Below, in pieces: positions 23,687 to 33,707 of a DNA stretch of 64,000 bases (the stretch's first letter is position 1; each line of letters starts with the position of its first letter). The notes beneath the pieces are model-generated. The model searched no databases. It saw only the letters and a list, made by a program, of their open reading frames with translations, and was not told the origin of the DNA. The stretch spans positions 192,001-256,000 of the forward strand of contig CAXXFV010000027.1 of assembly GCA_963674595.2 (NCBI GenBank), written 5' to 3'. This DNA is from a bacterium (GTDB lineage Bacteria > Zhuqueibacterota > Zhuqueibacteria > Residuimicrobiales > Krinioviventaceae). A program made the translations under genes and the position numbers.

Positions 23687-24082
23687 ATGAAAAGCCTGAA
23701 TTTTTGGTTATATATTTTTAACGCCGTTCTGATTATTTTACACGAAATCGAATCGGCCTATTGGAAAGAGTGGAAATTATTTAAAAAAGTGAATCAATTA
23801 TGGAAAGAAGAAACCGAATTGACGTTTTTTCTGGTGATACACATTCCATTTTTGGTGCTGTTTTTTATCGGTATTGTTGAACTCGAACAAAATTCCCTTC
23901 TAGGAATCATTATTACTATAATTTTAAATATAGCAGGAATAGCTGCTTTTAGCATTCATATGTATTTTATTAAAAAGGGACGTAAAGAATTTAAACTACC
24001 GATATCCTATTCAATTTTATCACTATTATTATCAACCTCGATAGCTCAATTATTCATTCAAATTTTTAAACTGACTATTTGA
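23687..24082 (+). CDS. Small membrane protein (DUF6713-like, HExxSAYWxEW motif)
   Basis: Four TM helices with 'LHEIESAYWKEWKLF' and 'HIP'. Confidence 0.65.
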   Translation: MKSLNFWLYIFNAVLIILHEIESAYWKEWKLFKKVNQLWKEETELTFFLVIHIPFLVLFFIGIVELEQNSLLGIIITIILNIAGIAAFSIHMYFIKKGRKEFKLPISYSILSLLLSTSIAQLFIQIFKLTI

Positions 24083-24098
24083 TGAAGGAAAAGGAAAA

Positions 24099-26931
24099 AT
24101 GAGAGAACAATTATTGAAAAAACTGGCTGATATTCACGCTAAAAAACCGTGGATGATGATCTTTGTCGTATTAATCATCACAATGATATTCGCCGGCTTG
24201 TCAACCCGTTTGTCCATGACCATGCGATGGTCTGACCTTTTGCCGTCAAATGATCCGCGTACGGTAGAATTTAATAACATTATTGATGAGTTTGTTAGTG
24301 CCACCAGCCTTATTGTTGTTATACAAGGTGAGGAAGATAAGATCAAATCTTATGCGGAACATATCGTGCCGATAATACAAACTCTTGAAGATACCTCACG
24401 AAATGAAAAAAGTCAAAGCAAAATTCAAAAAAATATCGATAAAATTGCTTTAGCAAAAAAGAAAAATGATACAGAAAAAGTCAACAAACTTTTATCTGAA
24501 AATATATCGTTAAAAAATAATATTAACAAAAAACTAATAAAAAGGATCGATTATAAAAATGAAGCAGATTTTATTAAAAATCATGGCCTTATGTTAATAA
24601 AACAAGATGATTTAAAAAATCTGATGCATGTTTTCACCGATCCTAACCTGACAGGGTTTGTCACAAATTTAAACAACAGTTTGGAAAAAGAATACACCGG
24701 AAGAGACGAATCACTAAGCACGCGAGAAAAAGAGGACCAGGCCATTGCCACGCTTGATGCTGTTAAAGATTTTGTTTTACTTGTAGATCAGTATGGAAAA
24801 ACAGGAAAGATTTCGGATGATAAAGTGCATGAGGTGGTTGATAAATTTTTAATCGGTGAACCCTACTTTCTCTCCTATGACAAATCAGCTTTAATTTTAA
24901 ATGTTATTCCCAATTTTACAATGATGGATGCCGATTACATGGTAACATGTACAGATGCCGTACAAAAAATCATTGATCAATCACAATCCAGCTATCCGGA
25001 TGTTAAAGTGGGATTGACAGGTATGATCGCTGTCGGCCGTGATGAAATGGTATATTCCGAACAAAGCCTGGGTATTACCAGCGTTGTTGCTTTTATAGCA
25101 ATTTTAATTATGCTCATGATATCATTCCGAATGCTGACAGCTCCCCTTCTTGCCGGATTGAATCTTGTTATCGGCATAATTTGGGCAACCGGTATGGCCG
25201 CCGTTGCAGTCGGCGAACTGAATTTTATGACATCCATGTTCGCGGTTATATTAATCGGACTTGGTATAGATTTTTCCATCCACCTTATTTCCGGTTTTAC
25301 TGAAAAAACCTCAGAAGGTAAATCGATACAAGAAGCTATGGAGCAGACATTTTTAAAATCCGGCAAAGGTATTATAACCGGTGGTTTAACAACGGCCACT
25401 GCCTTTTTAACCCTCATTATCAGCGGCTCCCGGGGGATGAAGGAAATGGGTATTGTCAGCGGTTTGGGTTTGATTGCTATTTTAGTTTCCACACTCCTTT
25501 TCCTGCCCTCTCTTTTAACGATTCGTCAGAGGTTTATGCTGCGTGTAAAGAATAATCAAAAAACACCACAGTCAAAGGATTTATCTTTTCAATTTTTGGG
25601 TAATATAGCGCAAAAGTTTGAAAAGAACTATATATTTACACTTGTTGGGGCTGGAATTGTAACCATATTTTTATTCATTTATGCTATGGAAATCAAGTTT
25701 GATCATAATTATATGAATATTGAACCGGAAGGTTTGACATCTATTGCCCTACAGGATACGATTTTAGAAAAATTTGACATGAGCATGGACTATGGACTTG
25801 CGTTGGCAAATTCCAGCCAGGAATCAAATAAACTGGCAAAAGGATATAAAAAGCTATCATCTGTTGCGTCTGTTGAGGATATTTCAGCCTATCTTCCTTC
25901 CAATGAAGATCAACTGGCTAGAAAATATTTAATTGAAAAAATAAGAAAGGAAATGTTGAATAGTAATATCAAATCCCGTATTTTACCTAATGATTTTGAT
26001 AATTTGATCAAACAGATAGCACGTCTTGAAGAGAATGTTATTGAAATACAGGATATGGCATTTCTTGGCGGACAGGATAAAGTTGATAATAAATGTAAGG
26101 AATTGGTCGGTGAACCGGATAAGGAAAATTCCAGTTTAATTGCACAGATATTAGCACGACTTGAAAAAAATCCCCAAGTCGCCTTACAAAATTTACAAGA
26201 CTTTCAAAAACAATTTTCTCCCTATTATAAATCATCTGTTTTACAAATGACAAATACGGAGCAGATTACTATTAACTCGTTACCGGAATCTATTCTTGAC
26301 AGATATTGTAATAAAAAACGGGACAAATTTCTTGTAACTGTTTTCCCATCAGGAAATGTGTGGCAAGATTCGAAATTTTTTAGACCGATTTGCAGATGAC
26401 CTTGCCTATATTTCTCCCAGCGCCACCGGGATGCCGCCGGTATTCAGAGCGTTAATGGAGATTATCGGTAAAGATGGCCGCTATGCAGCCCTTTTAACTA
26501 TAGTTATCATGTTTTTACTTTTATGGTATGATTTTAAGAGTCCGTTTTATGCATTAATCGCCCTCATTCCATTAGGATTTGGTGCTATATGGATGGTGGG
26601 ACTCATGCATTTAACCGGACAGCAATTGACGGTGATGAATGTGATGGGAATACCTTTAATTATCGGAATTGGTATTGATGACGGGGTCCATATTATTCAT
26701 CGCTGGATAAGTGAAGGAAAAATGAATATCAAACTCGTTTTTTCCAGTACAGGAAAGGCGATATTATTAACATCCTTAACAACCATGTTGGGTTTTGGAT
26801 CTTTGATCTTTTCTGTTTGGAGAGGTTTTGGTCAGCTCGGCAGCGCTCTTTTTGTGGGCGTAGCAGCCTGTTTTTTAACTACAGTAATAATTTTACCGGC
26901 AATTTTTAAATTAATTAACAACAAAAAATAG
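24099..26931 (+). CDS. MMPL/RND family transporter split by a +1 frameshift (track ORFs 24099-26399 and 26356-26931)
   Basis: 'GLGIDFSIHL' in the first half and 'GIGIDDGVHI' in the second. Removing one T from T6 at 26376-26381 joins them as WQDSKFLDRFADDL. Confidence 0.85.
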
Positions 26932-26948
26932 ATTAACAACAGAGTATC

Positions 26949-27416
26949 ATGAAAATTAACATTATAGCAGTCGGCAAAATTCAGAACAAGGATTTCGATA
27001 GTTTATGTAAACTATATCAAAATCGAATTCAGAAATATACTAATTTTCAATTAAACTTTGTTAAACCTGTAAAAATTTCAACACTATCCGATAAAGAAAT
27101 AATTGAAAAAGAGGAAAAAAGGTTATTAGAACAAAGTTCATCGTCAGATTATATTATCGCTCTTGATCAACGTGGAAAACAAATGAGTTCTGATAATTTT
27201 GCTTCCTTTTTTTCAAAACTAATGCTTGACCGAGTCAAAAATCCCACATTTATAATTGGGGGGCCGCTGGGACTGGGAAAAAATATTATAGAAAAATCCA
27301 GTTATGTATTATCATTATCCAAAATGACTTTTGTGCACGAACAGGCCCTTGTTCTTTTATTAGAACAAATATACCGTTCGATGACAATTTTAAAAGGAGA
27401 AAAATATCACAAATAA
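26949..27416 (+). CDS. rlmH: 23S rRNA (pseudouridine1915-N3)-methyltransferase
   Basis: MKINIIAVGK, FIIGGPLG, LSLSKMTF, LLEQIYR and a 'YHK' C-terminus. Confidence 0.95.
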   Translation: MKINIIAVGKIQNKDFDSLCKLYQNRIQKYTNFQLNFVKPVKISTLSDKEIIEKEEKRLLEQSSSSDYIIALDQRGKQMSSDNFASFFSKLMLDRVKNPTFIIGGPLGLGKNIIEKSSYVLSLSKMTFVHEQALVLLLEQIYRSMTILKGEKYHK

Positions 27417-27445
27417 AAAAAATCCACCACTTACTGCGATGGATT
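27414..27445 (-). terminator. Intrinsic terminator downstream of khpA
   Basis: Minus strand AATCCATCGC-agtaa-GTGGTGGATT followed by a T-run. Confidence 0.6.
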
Positions 27446-27502
27446 AAATAAAGGTCAGTTAATTGTTCGTCCCCCGCTGCTTTGGCAGCTCTTGTATTTT
27501 TA

Positions 27503-27736
27503 TTATTCTAATATTTCAAGAGTTGCATGTTTGCCCGCTTTACGTGCCACAGCACTCAGCAAGACTCTAATGGAATGAGCTGTTCTGCCGTTTTTTCCAA
27601 TTACTTTACCCATATCGGGGCTGGTCAACTTTTAATTCATAAACGACTGTAGTTTCCCCCAAAAACTTCTGTTACTCTTACTTTATCCGGATTATCTACC
27701 AGATGTTTTACGACAAATTCCTACAAACTCTTTCAT
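27503..27736 (-). pseudogene. khpA: KH-domain RNA-binding protein KhpA with three single-base homopolymer insertions (probably sequencing errors)
   Basis: Removing one base each at 27720-21, 27656-60 and 27617-20 gives [76 protein letters not shown] (76 aa, with the [9 protein letters not shown] KH motif). Confidence 0.88.
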
Positions 27737-27881
27737 AACCTGAACCCCTTCTCATTGGGTGTTAGCGTCAGATGAATTATCGTCTCAAACTTGATGAATT
27801 TGTAACAAAACCGAGAACAATTAAATTCCTATTTCTTCTCCTTTATTTTTTCCACAAGCTATTTTTTTTTAGTACTTTATT

Positions 27882-27910
27882 AATATATTCATAAACATAA
27901 GAGATGTCAA
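27882..27910 (-). promoter_or_regulatory. Sigma70-like promoter for khpA
   Basis: Minus strand TTGACA-17-TATATT. Confidence 0.65.
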
Positions 27911-27963
27911 GAGAAAAAAAGAAATTTTTATATTGAACATACTGTTTACATGATAAATTTTTC

Positions 27964-27991
27964 TTGACTTTAAAGGAAATTTTTGTATATT
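27964..27991 (+). promoter_or_regulatory. Sigma70-like promoter for groESL
   Basis: TTGACT-16-TATATT immediately upstream of the CIRCE element. Confidence 0.65.
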
Positions 27992-27999
27992 AATCGTCG

Positions 28000-28026
28000 T
28001 TAGCACTCTAATGAATAGAGTGCTAA
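28000..28026 (+). promoter_or_regulatory. CIRCE element (HrcA operator)
   Basis: Exact TTAGCACTC-N9-GAGTGCTAA. Confidence 0.97.
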
Positions 28027-28075
28027 CATAGAACTGAAATAACAAACAATTAAGTTAAAAATATGGAGGCTTTAA

Positions 28076-28360
28076 ATGAACATTAAACCTTTAGCAGACC
28101 GCGTTGTCGTCAAGCCTGCTGAACAAGAAGAAGTAAAACAAGGAAGTATCATTATTCCTGATACAGCAAAAGAGAAACCTCAAGAAGGTGTTATCGTTGC
28201 TGCCGGTCCTGGAAAAATTTCTGAAAGCGGCACCAAAGTTGCTATGGAAGTTAAAGTCGGCGACAAAGTTTTATATGGAAAATATTCTGGTACAGAAGTT
28301 ACTGTAAATGGTGAAGATTATTTGATTATGCGCGAAAGCGATATACTTGCTGTTATATAA
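28076..28360 (+). CDS. groES: Co-chaperonin GroES
   Basis: [12 protein letters not shown]...[14 protein letters not shown]...RESDILAV. Confidence 0.98.
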   Translation: MNIKPLADRVVVKPAEQEEVKQGSIIIPDTAKEKPQEGVIVAAGPGKISESGTKVAMEVKVGDKVLYGKYSGTEVTVNGEDYLIMRESDILAVI

Positions 28361-28398
28361 TTTTTATTTGAAATTGCGAAATTGGAGGATATATAAAC

Positions 28399-30042
28399 AT
28401 GTCTAAAATTATAACTTTTGATTCTGAAGCGAGAAATGCACTTAAAAAAGGTGTAGATCAGCTTTCAAATGCTGTAAAAACAACTTTGGGACCTAAAGGC
28501 CGTAATGTTGTTATTGATAAAAAATTTGGTGCTCCAACTGTTACCAAAGATGGTGTAACCGTTGCAAAAGAAATTGAATTGGAAGATCCAATTGAGAATA
28601 TGGGCGCCCAGATGGTTAAAGAAGTTGCTTCCAAAACAAGTGATGTTGCCGGTGATGGAACAACAACTGCCACTGTATTGGCACAAGGTATTGTAAGAGA
28701 AGGTTTGAAAAACGTAACAGCCGGATCAAATCCAATGTCCTTAAAACGTGGAATTGAAAAAGGCGTTAAAGCAGTTATCCAAGAGCTGCAAAAAATGAGC
28801 AAACCGCTTCCTGGAAAAACCGAAATTGCCCAGGTTGGCGCTATTTCTGCCAATAACGACAAAGAAATCGGTGATTTAATTGCTGATGCTATGGAAAAAG
28901 TCGGAAAAGACGGTGTTATTACTGTTGAAGAAGCAAAAACAATGGAAACCAGCCTTGAAGTTGTTGAAGGTATGCAGTTTGATCGTGGTTACTTGTCACC
29001 CTATTTTGTAACCGATTCCGACAGCATGGAAGCTGTTTTGGAAGAACCTTCAATTTTAATATATGATAAAAAAATCAGTGCCATGAAAGACCTTCTTCCA
29101 ATTTTGGAAAAAGTTGCACAAATGGGCAAACCATTAATGATTATTGCCGAAGATGTTGAAGGCGAAGCATTGGCCACACTGGTTGTTAATAAATTACGCG
29201 GTACTATTAAAGTTGCTGCTGTTAAAGCTCCTGGCTTTGGCGACAGAAGAAAAGAAATGTTGCAAGACATTGCTATTTTAACCGGTGGCCGTGTTATTTC
29301 TGAAGAAACCGGTTTCAAACTGGAAAATGCTACAATTACCGATCTTGGTAAAGCCAAACGAATCAACATCGATAAAGACAACACAACCATCGTTGAAGGC
29401 GGCGGTTCTACTGAAGACATTAAAGGCCGAATCAGTCAAATCAAAAAACAGATTGAAGCTTCAACATCTGATTATGATAGAGAAAAATTACAGGAACGTC
29501 TTGCCAAATTAGCCGGCGGTGTTGCTGTATTAAATGTTGGTGCCGCTACAGAAGTTGAAATGAAAGAAAAGAAAGCACGAGTTGAAGATGCACTTCATGC
29601 AACACGCGCTGCTGTTGAAGAAGGTATCATTCCTGGTGGTGGAGTTTCTTTTGTACGCGCTATTCCTGCACTTGATAATGTTAAAGCAGAAGGCGACGAA
29701 AAAATTGGTATCAACATTTTACGTCGTGTTTTGGAAGAGCCACTCCGACAGATTTCAAACAATGCCGGATGGGAAGGTTCTATTGTTATACAAAAAGTTA
29801 AAGAAGGTAATGATGGTTTTGGCTTTAACGCAGAAACTGAAACATTTGAAGATCTGTACAAAGCCGGTGTTATTGATCCGACTAAAGTTGCAAGAACAGC
29901 TTTGGAAAATGCATCATCCGTTGCTGCACTCTTGTTAATGACGGAAGCAACCATCGTTGATAAGCCTGAACCCAAATCAGCAGCTCCAGCCATGCCCGGC
30001 GGAGACATGGGTGGTATGGGCGGAATGGGCGGAATGTACTAA
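28399..30042 (+). CDS. groEL: Chaperonin GroEL
   Basis: [21 protein letters not shown] and a GGM-repeat tail. Confidence 0.99.
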   Translation: MSKIITFDSEARNALKKGVDQLSNAVKTTLGPKGRNVVIDKKFGAPTVTKDGVTVAKEIELEDPIENMGAQMVKEVASKTSDVAGDGTTTATVLAQGIVREGLKNVTAGSNPMSLKRGIEKGVKAVIQELQKMSKPLPGKTEIAQVGAISANNDKEIGDLIADAMEKVGKDGVITVEEAKTMETSLEVVEGMQFDRGYLSPYFVTDSDSMEAVLEEPSILIYDKKISAMKDLLPILEKVAQMGKPLMIIAEDVEGEALATLVVNKLRGTIKVAAVKAPGFGDRRKEMLQDIAILTGGRVISEETGFKLENATITDLGKAKRINIDKDNTTIVEGGGSTEDIKGRISQIKKQIEASTSDYDREKLQERLAKLAGGVAVLNVGAATEVEMKEKKARVEDALHATRAAVEEGIIPGGGVSFVRAIPALDNVKAEGDEKIGINILRRVLEEPLRQISNNAGWEGSIVIQKVKEGNDGFGFNAETETFEDLYKAGVIDPTKVARTALENASSVAALLLMTEATIVDKPEPKSAAPAMPGGDMGGMGGMGGMY

Positions 30043-30060
30043 AATTTGCCCCTTTAGAAT

Positions 30061-30095
30061 AAAAAACCCCTGCTTTTTGCAGGGGTTTTCTTTTT
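30061..30095. terminator. Bidirectional terminator between groEL and the YdjC-like gene
   Basis: AAAACCCCTGC-tttt-TGCAGGGGTTTT with flanking A and T tracts. Confidence 0.85.
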
Positions 30096-31053
30096 ATTGC
30101 ATTCTTTTTATTTGTAAATCCTGCAACTCTTTCCATCCTACTAATATTATTCCCAACTCTTTTAATTTCTGTTTCGTTTCTTCTGCTTTAAAAAATTTGT
30201 AATCAAACTCTCTTCTATACCAAACACTGGAAATAGCTTTCATTTCATCTGAGGGTAATGCTGCATGAATATAAAGTTCTGAAACACCCGGTTTCAACTG
30301 TTCAAATAATTGATAATATTCTTCAACAGTTTCCTGGTAAGTTTTTCCGTGTTTTACTGTTTCCAGATAGTCCGGTAATACAAAGCCGGATTCAACCAGT
30401 TGCTGAGCATACAACTCTATTTCTTTAATTTTTTCAGGCGGCTGCACAGCTTTATATGAATCACTTAAATTGCGGGGTAAGCGAAATGGTAATTGATATT
30501 CTTTAGCCAGTTTGAAAATAACATCAAAGAAATGACGTCCGGTTTCAAGTCCGTATAAAGACCCCATGTGGTTATCGAAATGGGTTGGTTTCATCCCGTA
30601 TTGTAAAAGCTTGTTTATCTGCGCACGGCATTCGATTTCAACCTGATTCTTGTCAGCATTTTGTTCAATATATAAATTTTCTTCAGGGAAAAAATTTTCC
30701 ATAGTTAACACTGAAGAGACATTGTTTGATGAAGCAACACTCCCCCATTTATAATATTTCCATTCGGAGGTAAATGTCAAATGAACGCCCACATCAACGG
30801 ATGGATTTTTTAAACAGAAATCAACAGCTTCCTTAACCCAGGGACACGGAACCATTATAGTTGCCGACGTAATATCGTTGGACAATAACAATTCACTCGT
30901 GGCTTTATTTTCCGAATGGCACATACCAAAGTCGTCAGCATTTACTATTAATAGACGGTCTGTTGCTTTATAACCGAGTAATTGACCGGTTGAATTGGTT
31001 TGAGCAAATAAATTTGCAGTTATTAAAAAAATTAATAAAAATAGCTTTTTCAC
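30094..31053 (-). CDS. YdjC/ChbG family carbohydrate deacetylase, secreted
   Basis: LIVNADDFG, VGVHLT, PTHFDNHMG and ELYIH; GTG start with GGAGG SD; signal peptide. Confidence 0.88.
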   Translation of the reverse strand: MKKLFLLIFLITANLFAQTNSTGQLLGYKATDRLLIVNADDFGMCHSENKATSELLLSNDITSATIMVPCPWVKEAVDFCLKNPSVDVGVHLTFTSEWKYYKWGSVASSNNVSSVLTMENFFPEENLYIEQNADKNQVEIECRAQINKLLQYGMKPTHFDNHMGSLYGLETGRHFFDVIFKLAKEYQLPFRLPRNLSDSYKAVQPPEKIKEIELYAQQLVESGFVLPDYLETVKHGKTYQETVEEYYQLFEQLKPGVSELYIHAALPSDEMKAISSVWYRREFDYKFFKAEETKQKLKELGIILVGWKELQDLQIKRMQ

Positions 31054-31189
31054 AAGGCCTCCCGTGTAGTAAAATACGACATTTCAATTAATGCAAAATA
31101 CGACACACCATAAAAATCGTGATTTATTGGAAAATTTTCGAAAAAATTCGTATTTTTTTCATTTTTTTTCGAAAAAATAAATTTTTTAC

Positions 31190-31217
31190 TTGACATTTAC
31201 ATCAAAAATGTTATATT
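31190..31217 (+). promoter_or_regulatory. Strong sigma70-like promoter with no downstream ORF
   Basis: TTGACA-16-TATATT. Confidence 0.6.
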
Positions 31218-31223
31218 TATATC

Positions 31224-31322
31224 AGCGTTACAGACAACGCGATTTCAGATGTAAGTGTGATGTGGTGTGGTTGGGTGAATGTTGAAAAGGATGACGGTTT
31301 TAATCGTCATCCTTTTCTATTT
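31224..31322 (+). ncRNA. Candidate small regulatory RNA (about 100 nt)
   Basis: Own promoter, 5' hairpin GCGTT-acagac-AACGC, GU-rich middle, 13-bp terminator stem GAAAAGGATGACG/CGTCATCCTTTTC; both neighbouring genes are on the opposite strand. Confidence 0.55.
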
Positions 31323-31347
31323 ATACGCAAAAATTTTCGAAAAAAAT

Positions 31348-31383
31348 AAAAAAAGGCGAGTTATTTAAAACTCGCCTTTTTTT
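31348..31383 (-). terminator. Intrinsic terminator after the Gfo/Idh/MocA gene
   Basis: AAAAAAGGCGAGTT-attt-AAAACTCGCCTTTTTT. Confidence 0.85.
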
Positions 31384-31401
31384 ATCAGAATATTTTTTTA
31401 A

Positions 31402-32760
31402 TCAAACCTTTTCAGGTACAATATAGGGATATCTATAATCACGTGTCAAATAGCTGTTTGCCACTTCATCATCAATAAACCGTTCGGTATGTGAATTGAA
31501 ATGTAATTCGCGGCCTAAACGATTTGAAATATTGGCCATGTGACTCATTGCCGTAGACATGTGTCCGTCTGAAATATCAGCATTCAGCATTTTCATGTCA
31601 TTAGCACGGACAGCCTGGATAAAATTAACAAAGTTGGCAGATCCGCCGGCACCAGCTAAATTCATAGGATCAGCAACATCACCTTTACCATCATATTTTT
31701 CACCCGGCTCATTGTTCCGGCCATAATAGGTAGTCCATTTGTCACCGTTAAGATGCATCCAGCCTTTTGTTCCAAAAAACAAGTTACCAATTTTAATACC
31801 ATCTTCATTGTTTGTATATAGACCGCGCACTTCGAACTGTATAATTTTACCATCATCATATTCGAAGGTAGCCATTTGAGTATTCGGGGTTTCCTGATCA
31901 TCATCAAAAGCAAATTTTCCGCCAACACACTTTACCGTTTTTGGATGTACGCGTTTACCCATACCCCAACGGGCAATGTCCATTTGATGAGGGCCCTGGT
32001 TGCCGATATCAGCACAGCCAAAGTCCCAATACCAATGCCATTTATAATGAACGTATTGCGGATTATAAGGACGCCAGTTTGCAGGTCCCAACCACAAGTC
32101 GTAATGCAGCCCTTCAGGAATAGGAGCGTCCTGTTTTTTGCCTATCGTATCACGGGGTTTGAAACAAAGCCCTTTGGCCATATAAATTTCACCCAACTCA
32201 CCGGAGTGCAAAAAATCAATGGCTTTGCGGACTCCGTAAATACTTCTGTTTTGCATACCAACAGCAACAACTCTGTTATAACGACGCGCGGCATCAACCA
32301 TTTTTCGGCCTTCCCAAATGTTATGAGAAGTAGGTTTTTCAACATATACATGTTTGCCGGCCTGACAAGCCCAGATTGTTGATAAAGCGTGCCAGTGATC
32401 GCATGAAGCGATTGAAACAGCATCTATTTCCTTATCATCAAACACTCTTCGCAGATCATATTCTGTTCCGGGTTTTTTACCCTGAAGTTTTTCAACTTCT
32501 TCCACTCTGGAAGGAAACAATCTTTCATCAGGATCACACAGTGTTTTTACATGAACGCCATCAATTTTTGCCCATTCACGATAATGATTTTTACCACGTC
32601 CATTAATACCTAAAACAGCTATATTTACACGATCATTTGCGCCAAGCACAGTTGATGGCATGATAGAGTAGGCCGCACTGACAGCAGCAACACCTGCGGC
32701 TGTTTTTGAGCTGTTTGAAAGAAAATCACGACGAGTAACTTTTTTACTTTTTGGCATCAT
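31402..32760 (-). CDS. Gfo/Idh/MocA family oxidoreductase with Tat signal
   Basis: TRRDFL twin-arginine motif, GANDRVNIAVLGINGRG, DHWH, HVYVEKP, YDLWLGPA and NQGPHQMD. Confidence 0.9.
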   Translation of the reverse strand: MMPKSKKVTRRDFLSNSSKTAAGVAAVSAAYSIMPSTVLGANDRVNIAVLGINGRGKNHYREWAKIDGVHVKTLCDPDERLFPSRVEEVEKLQGKKPGTEYDLRRVFDDKEIDAVSIASCDHWHALSTIWACQAGKHVYVEKPTSHNIWEGRKMVDAARRYNRVVAVGMQNRSIYGVRKAIDFLHSGELGEIYMAKGLCFKPRDTIGKKQDAPIPEGLHYDLWLGPANWRPYNPQYVHYKWHWYWDFGCADIGNQGPHQMDIARWGMGKRVHPKTVKCVGGKFAFDDDQETPNTQMATFEYDDGKIIQFEVRGLYTNNEDGIKIGNLFFGTKGWMHLNGDKWTTYYGRNNEPGEKYDGKGDVADPMNLAGAGGSANFVNFIQAVRANDMKMLNADISDGHMSTAMSHMANISNRLGRELHFNSHTERFIDDEVANSYLTRDYRYPYIVPEKV

Positions 32761-32880
32761 TTTCTCCTTGGGGATCATAATTAATTATTAATAAAAGCGA
32801 ATGCTCTTTTTTAAAATTGAACCGGTTTAATCATAATCTAAAATAATTTTCAAAATAGTCAACATTAAATTAAAATTCTT

Positions 32881-33705
32881 TTACACCTGGCAATGATTAC
32901 AGTAAAAAGTGCTTCGCCCCCCCTGTTTTATCCTGATAATTGGCTGTGAACATCTGATGCATTTTTCGCCGGCCCGGCCATATACATTCAAATCCAACTG
33001 AAATATTCCAACTTCACCATCAACATTTCTAAAATCCGTTAACGTGGTGCCTCCCTTTATAATGGCATTTGTTAAAACAACTTTAACAGATTCTATAAGC
33101 AATGCAAGTCTTATCTCATCAAGGTCTTTTGCCGCTGTGGCCGGATTTATACCGGCATCAAACAAGGCTTCATTTGCATATATGTTGCCAATCCCAACAA
33201 CTATTTGGCTATCCAACAAAACTTGTTTAATAGAGCGGGAAAAAGACTTAATTTTAGAAGAAAAATATTTAACATTAAAATCTGTGGTTAATGGTTCAAC
33301 TCCCAAATTTTTTAACCGGGGATGGTTATTTATCATATCTGTCGGACAAAGTTCTAAAAATCCAAATCTACGGGGATCACGAAATCTGAGCTGCAAATCA
33401 TTATCTAATTGAAACAAAACATGGGTATGTTTTTCCAATATCGTATTTTTTGAAAACACTCCCAATCGTCCACTCATGCCCAGGTGTATAATAAGAGTCT
33501 GGTTTCTTTCCAGACTAACAAGTATATATTTGGCCCTTCTTGAGATTTCACAAATTTTGTTCCCGGTTAACAATTTTATAAAATTTTCTTTATCTATTTC
33601 CCATCGTAGTTTTGGCTGATAGACAATTACATTGTTTATCCTATGATTAACAATTTTCTGACGTAAACCACGACAGGTTGTCTCCACTTCAGGCAGTTCC
33701 GGCAT
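32881..33705 (-). CDS. mutM: Formamidopyrimidine-DNA glycosylase
   Basis: MPELPEVE, HLGMSG, DPRRFG, GIGNIYANE and a C-terminal zinc finger. Confidence 0.97.
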   Translation of the reverse strand: MPELPEVETTCRGLRQKIVNHRINNVIVYQPKLRWEIDKENFIKLLTGNKICEISRRAKYILVSLERNQTLIIHLGMSGRLGVFSKNTILEKHTHVLFQLDNDLQLRFRDPRRFGFLELCPTDMINNHPRLKNLGVEPLTTDFNVKYFSSKIKSFSRSIKQVLLDSQIVVGIGNIYANEALFDAGINPATAAKDLDEIRLALLIESVKVVLTNAIIKGGTTLTDFRNVDGEVGIFQLDLNVYGRAGEKCIRCSQPIIRIKQGGRSTFYCNHCQV

Positions 33706-33707
33706 AT

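Noticed and set aside
26397-26399. TGA at the end of the first MMPL ORF as a selenocysteine codon
   Set aside because: In-frame readthrough hits TAA within about 25 codons, and the homologous sequence continues in another frame, so a frameshift explains the break.
28458-30008. Long antisense ORFs inside groEL (28458-28862, 29001-29420, 29595-30008) and similar shadow ORFs such as 24992-25492 and 31876-32382
   Set aside because: Typical antisense shadows caused by codon bias, with no recognisable protein features.
29990-30040. GGCGGAATG-type tandem repeat
   Set aside because: Encodes the ordinary GGM tail of GroEL.
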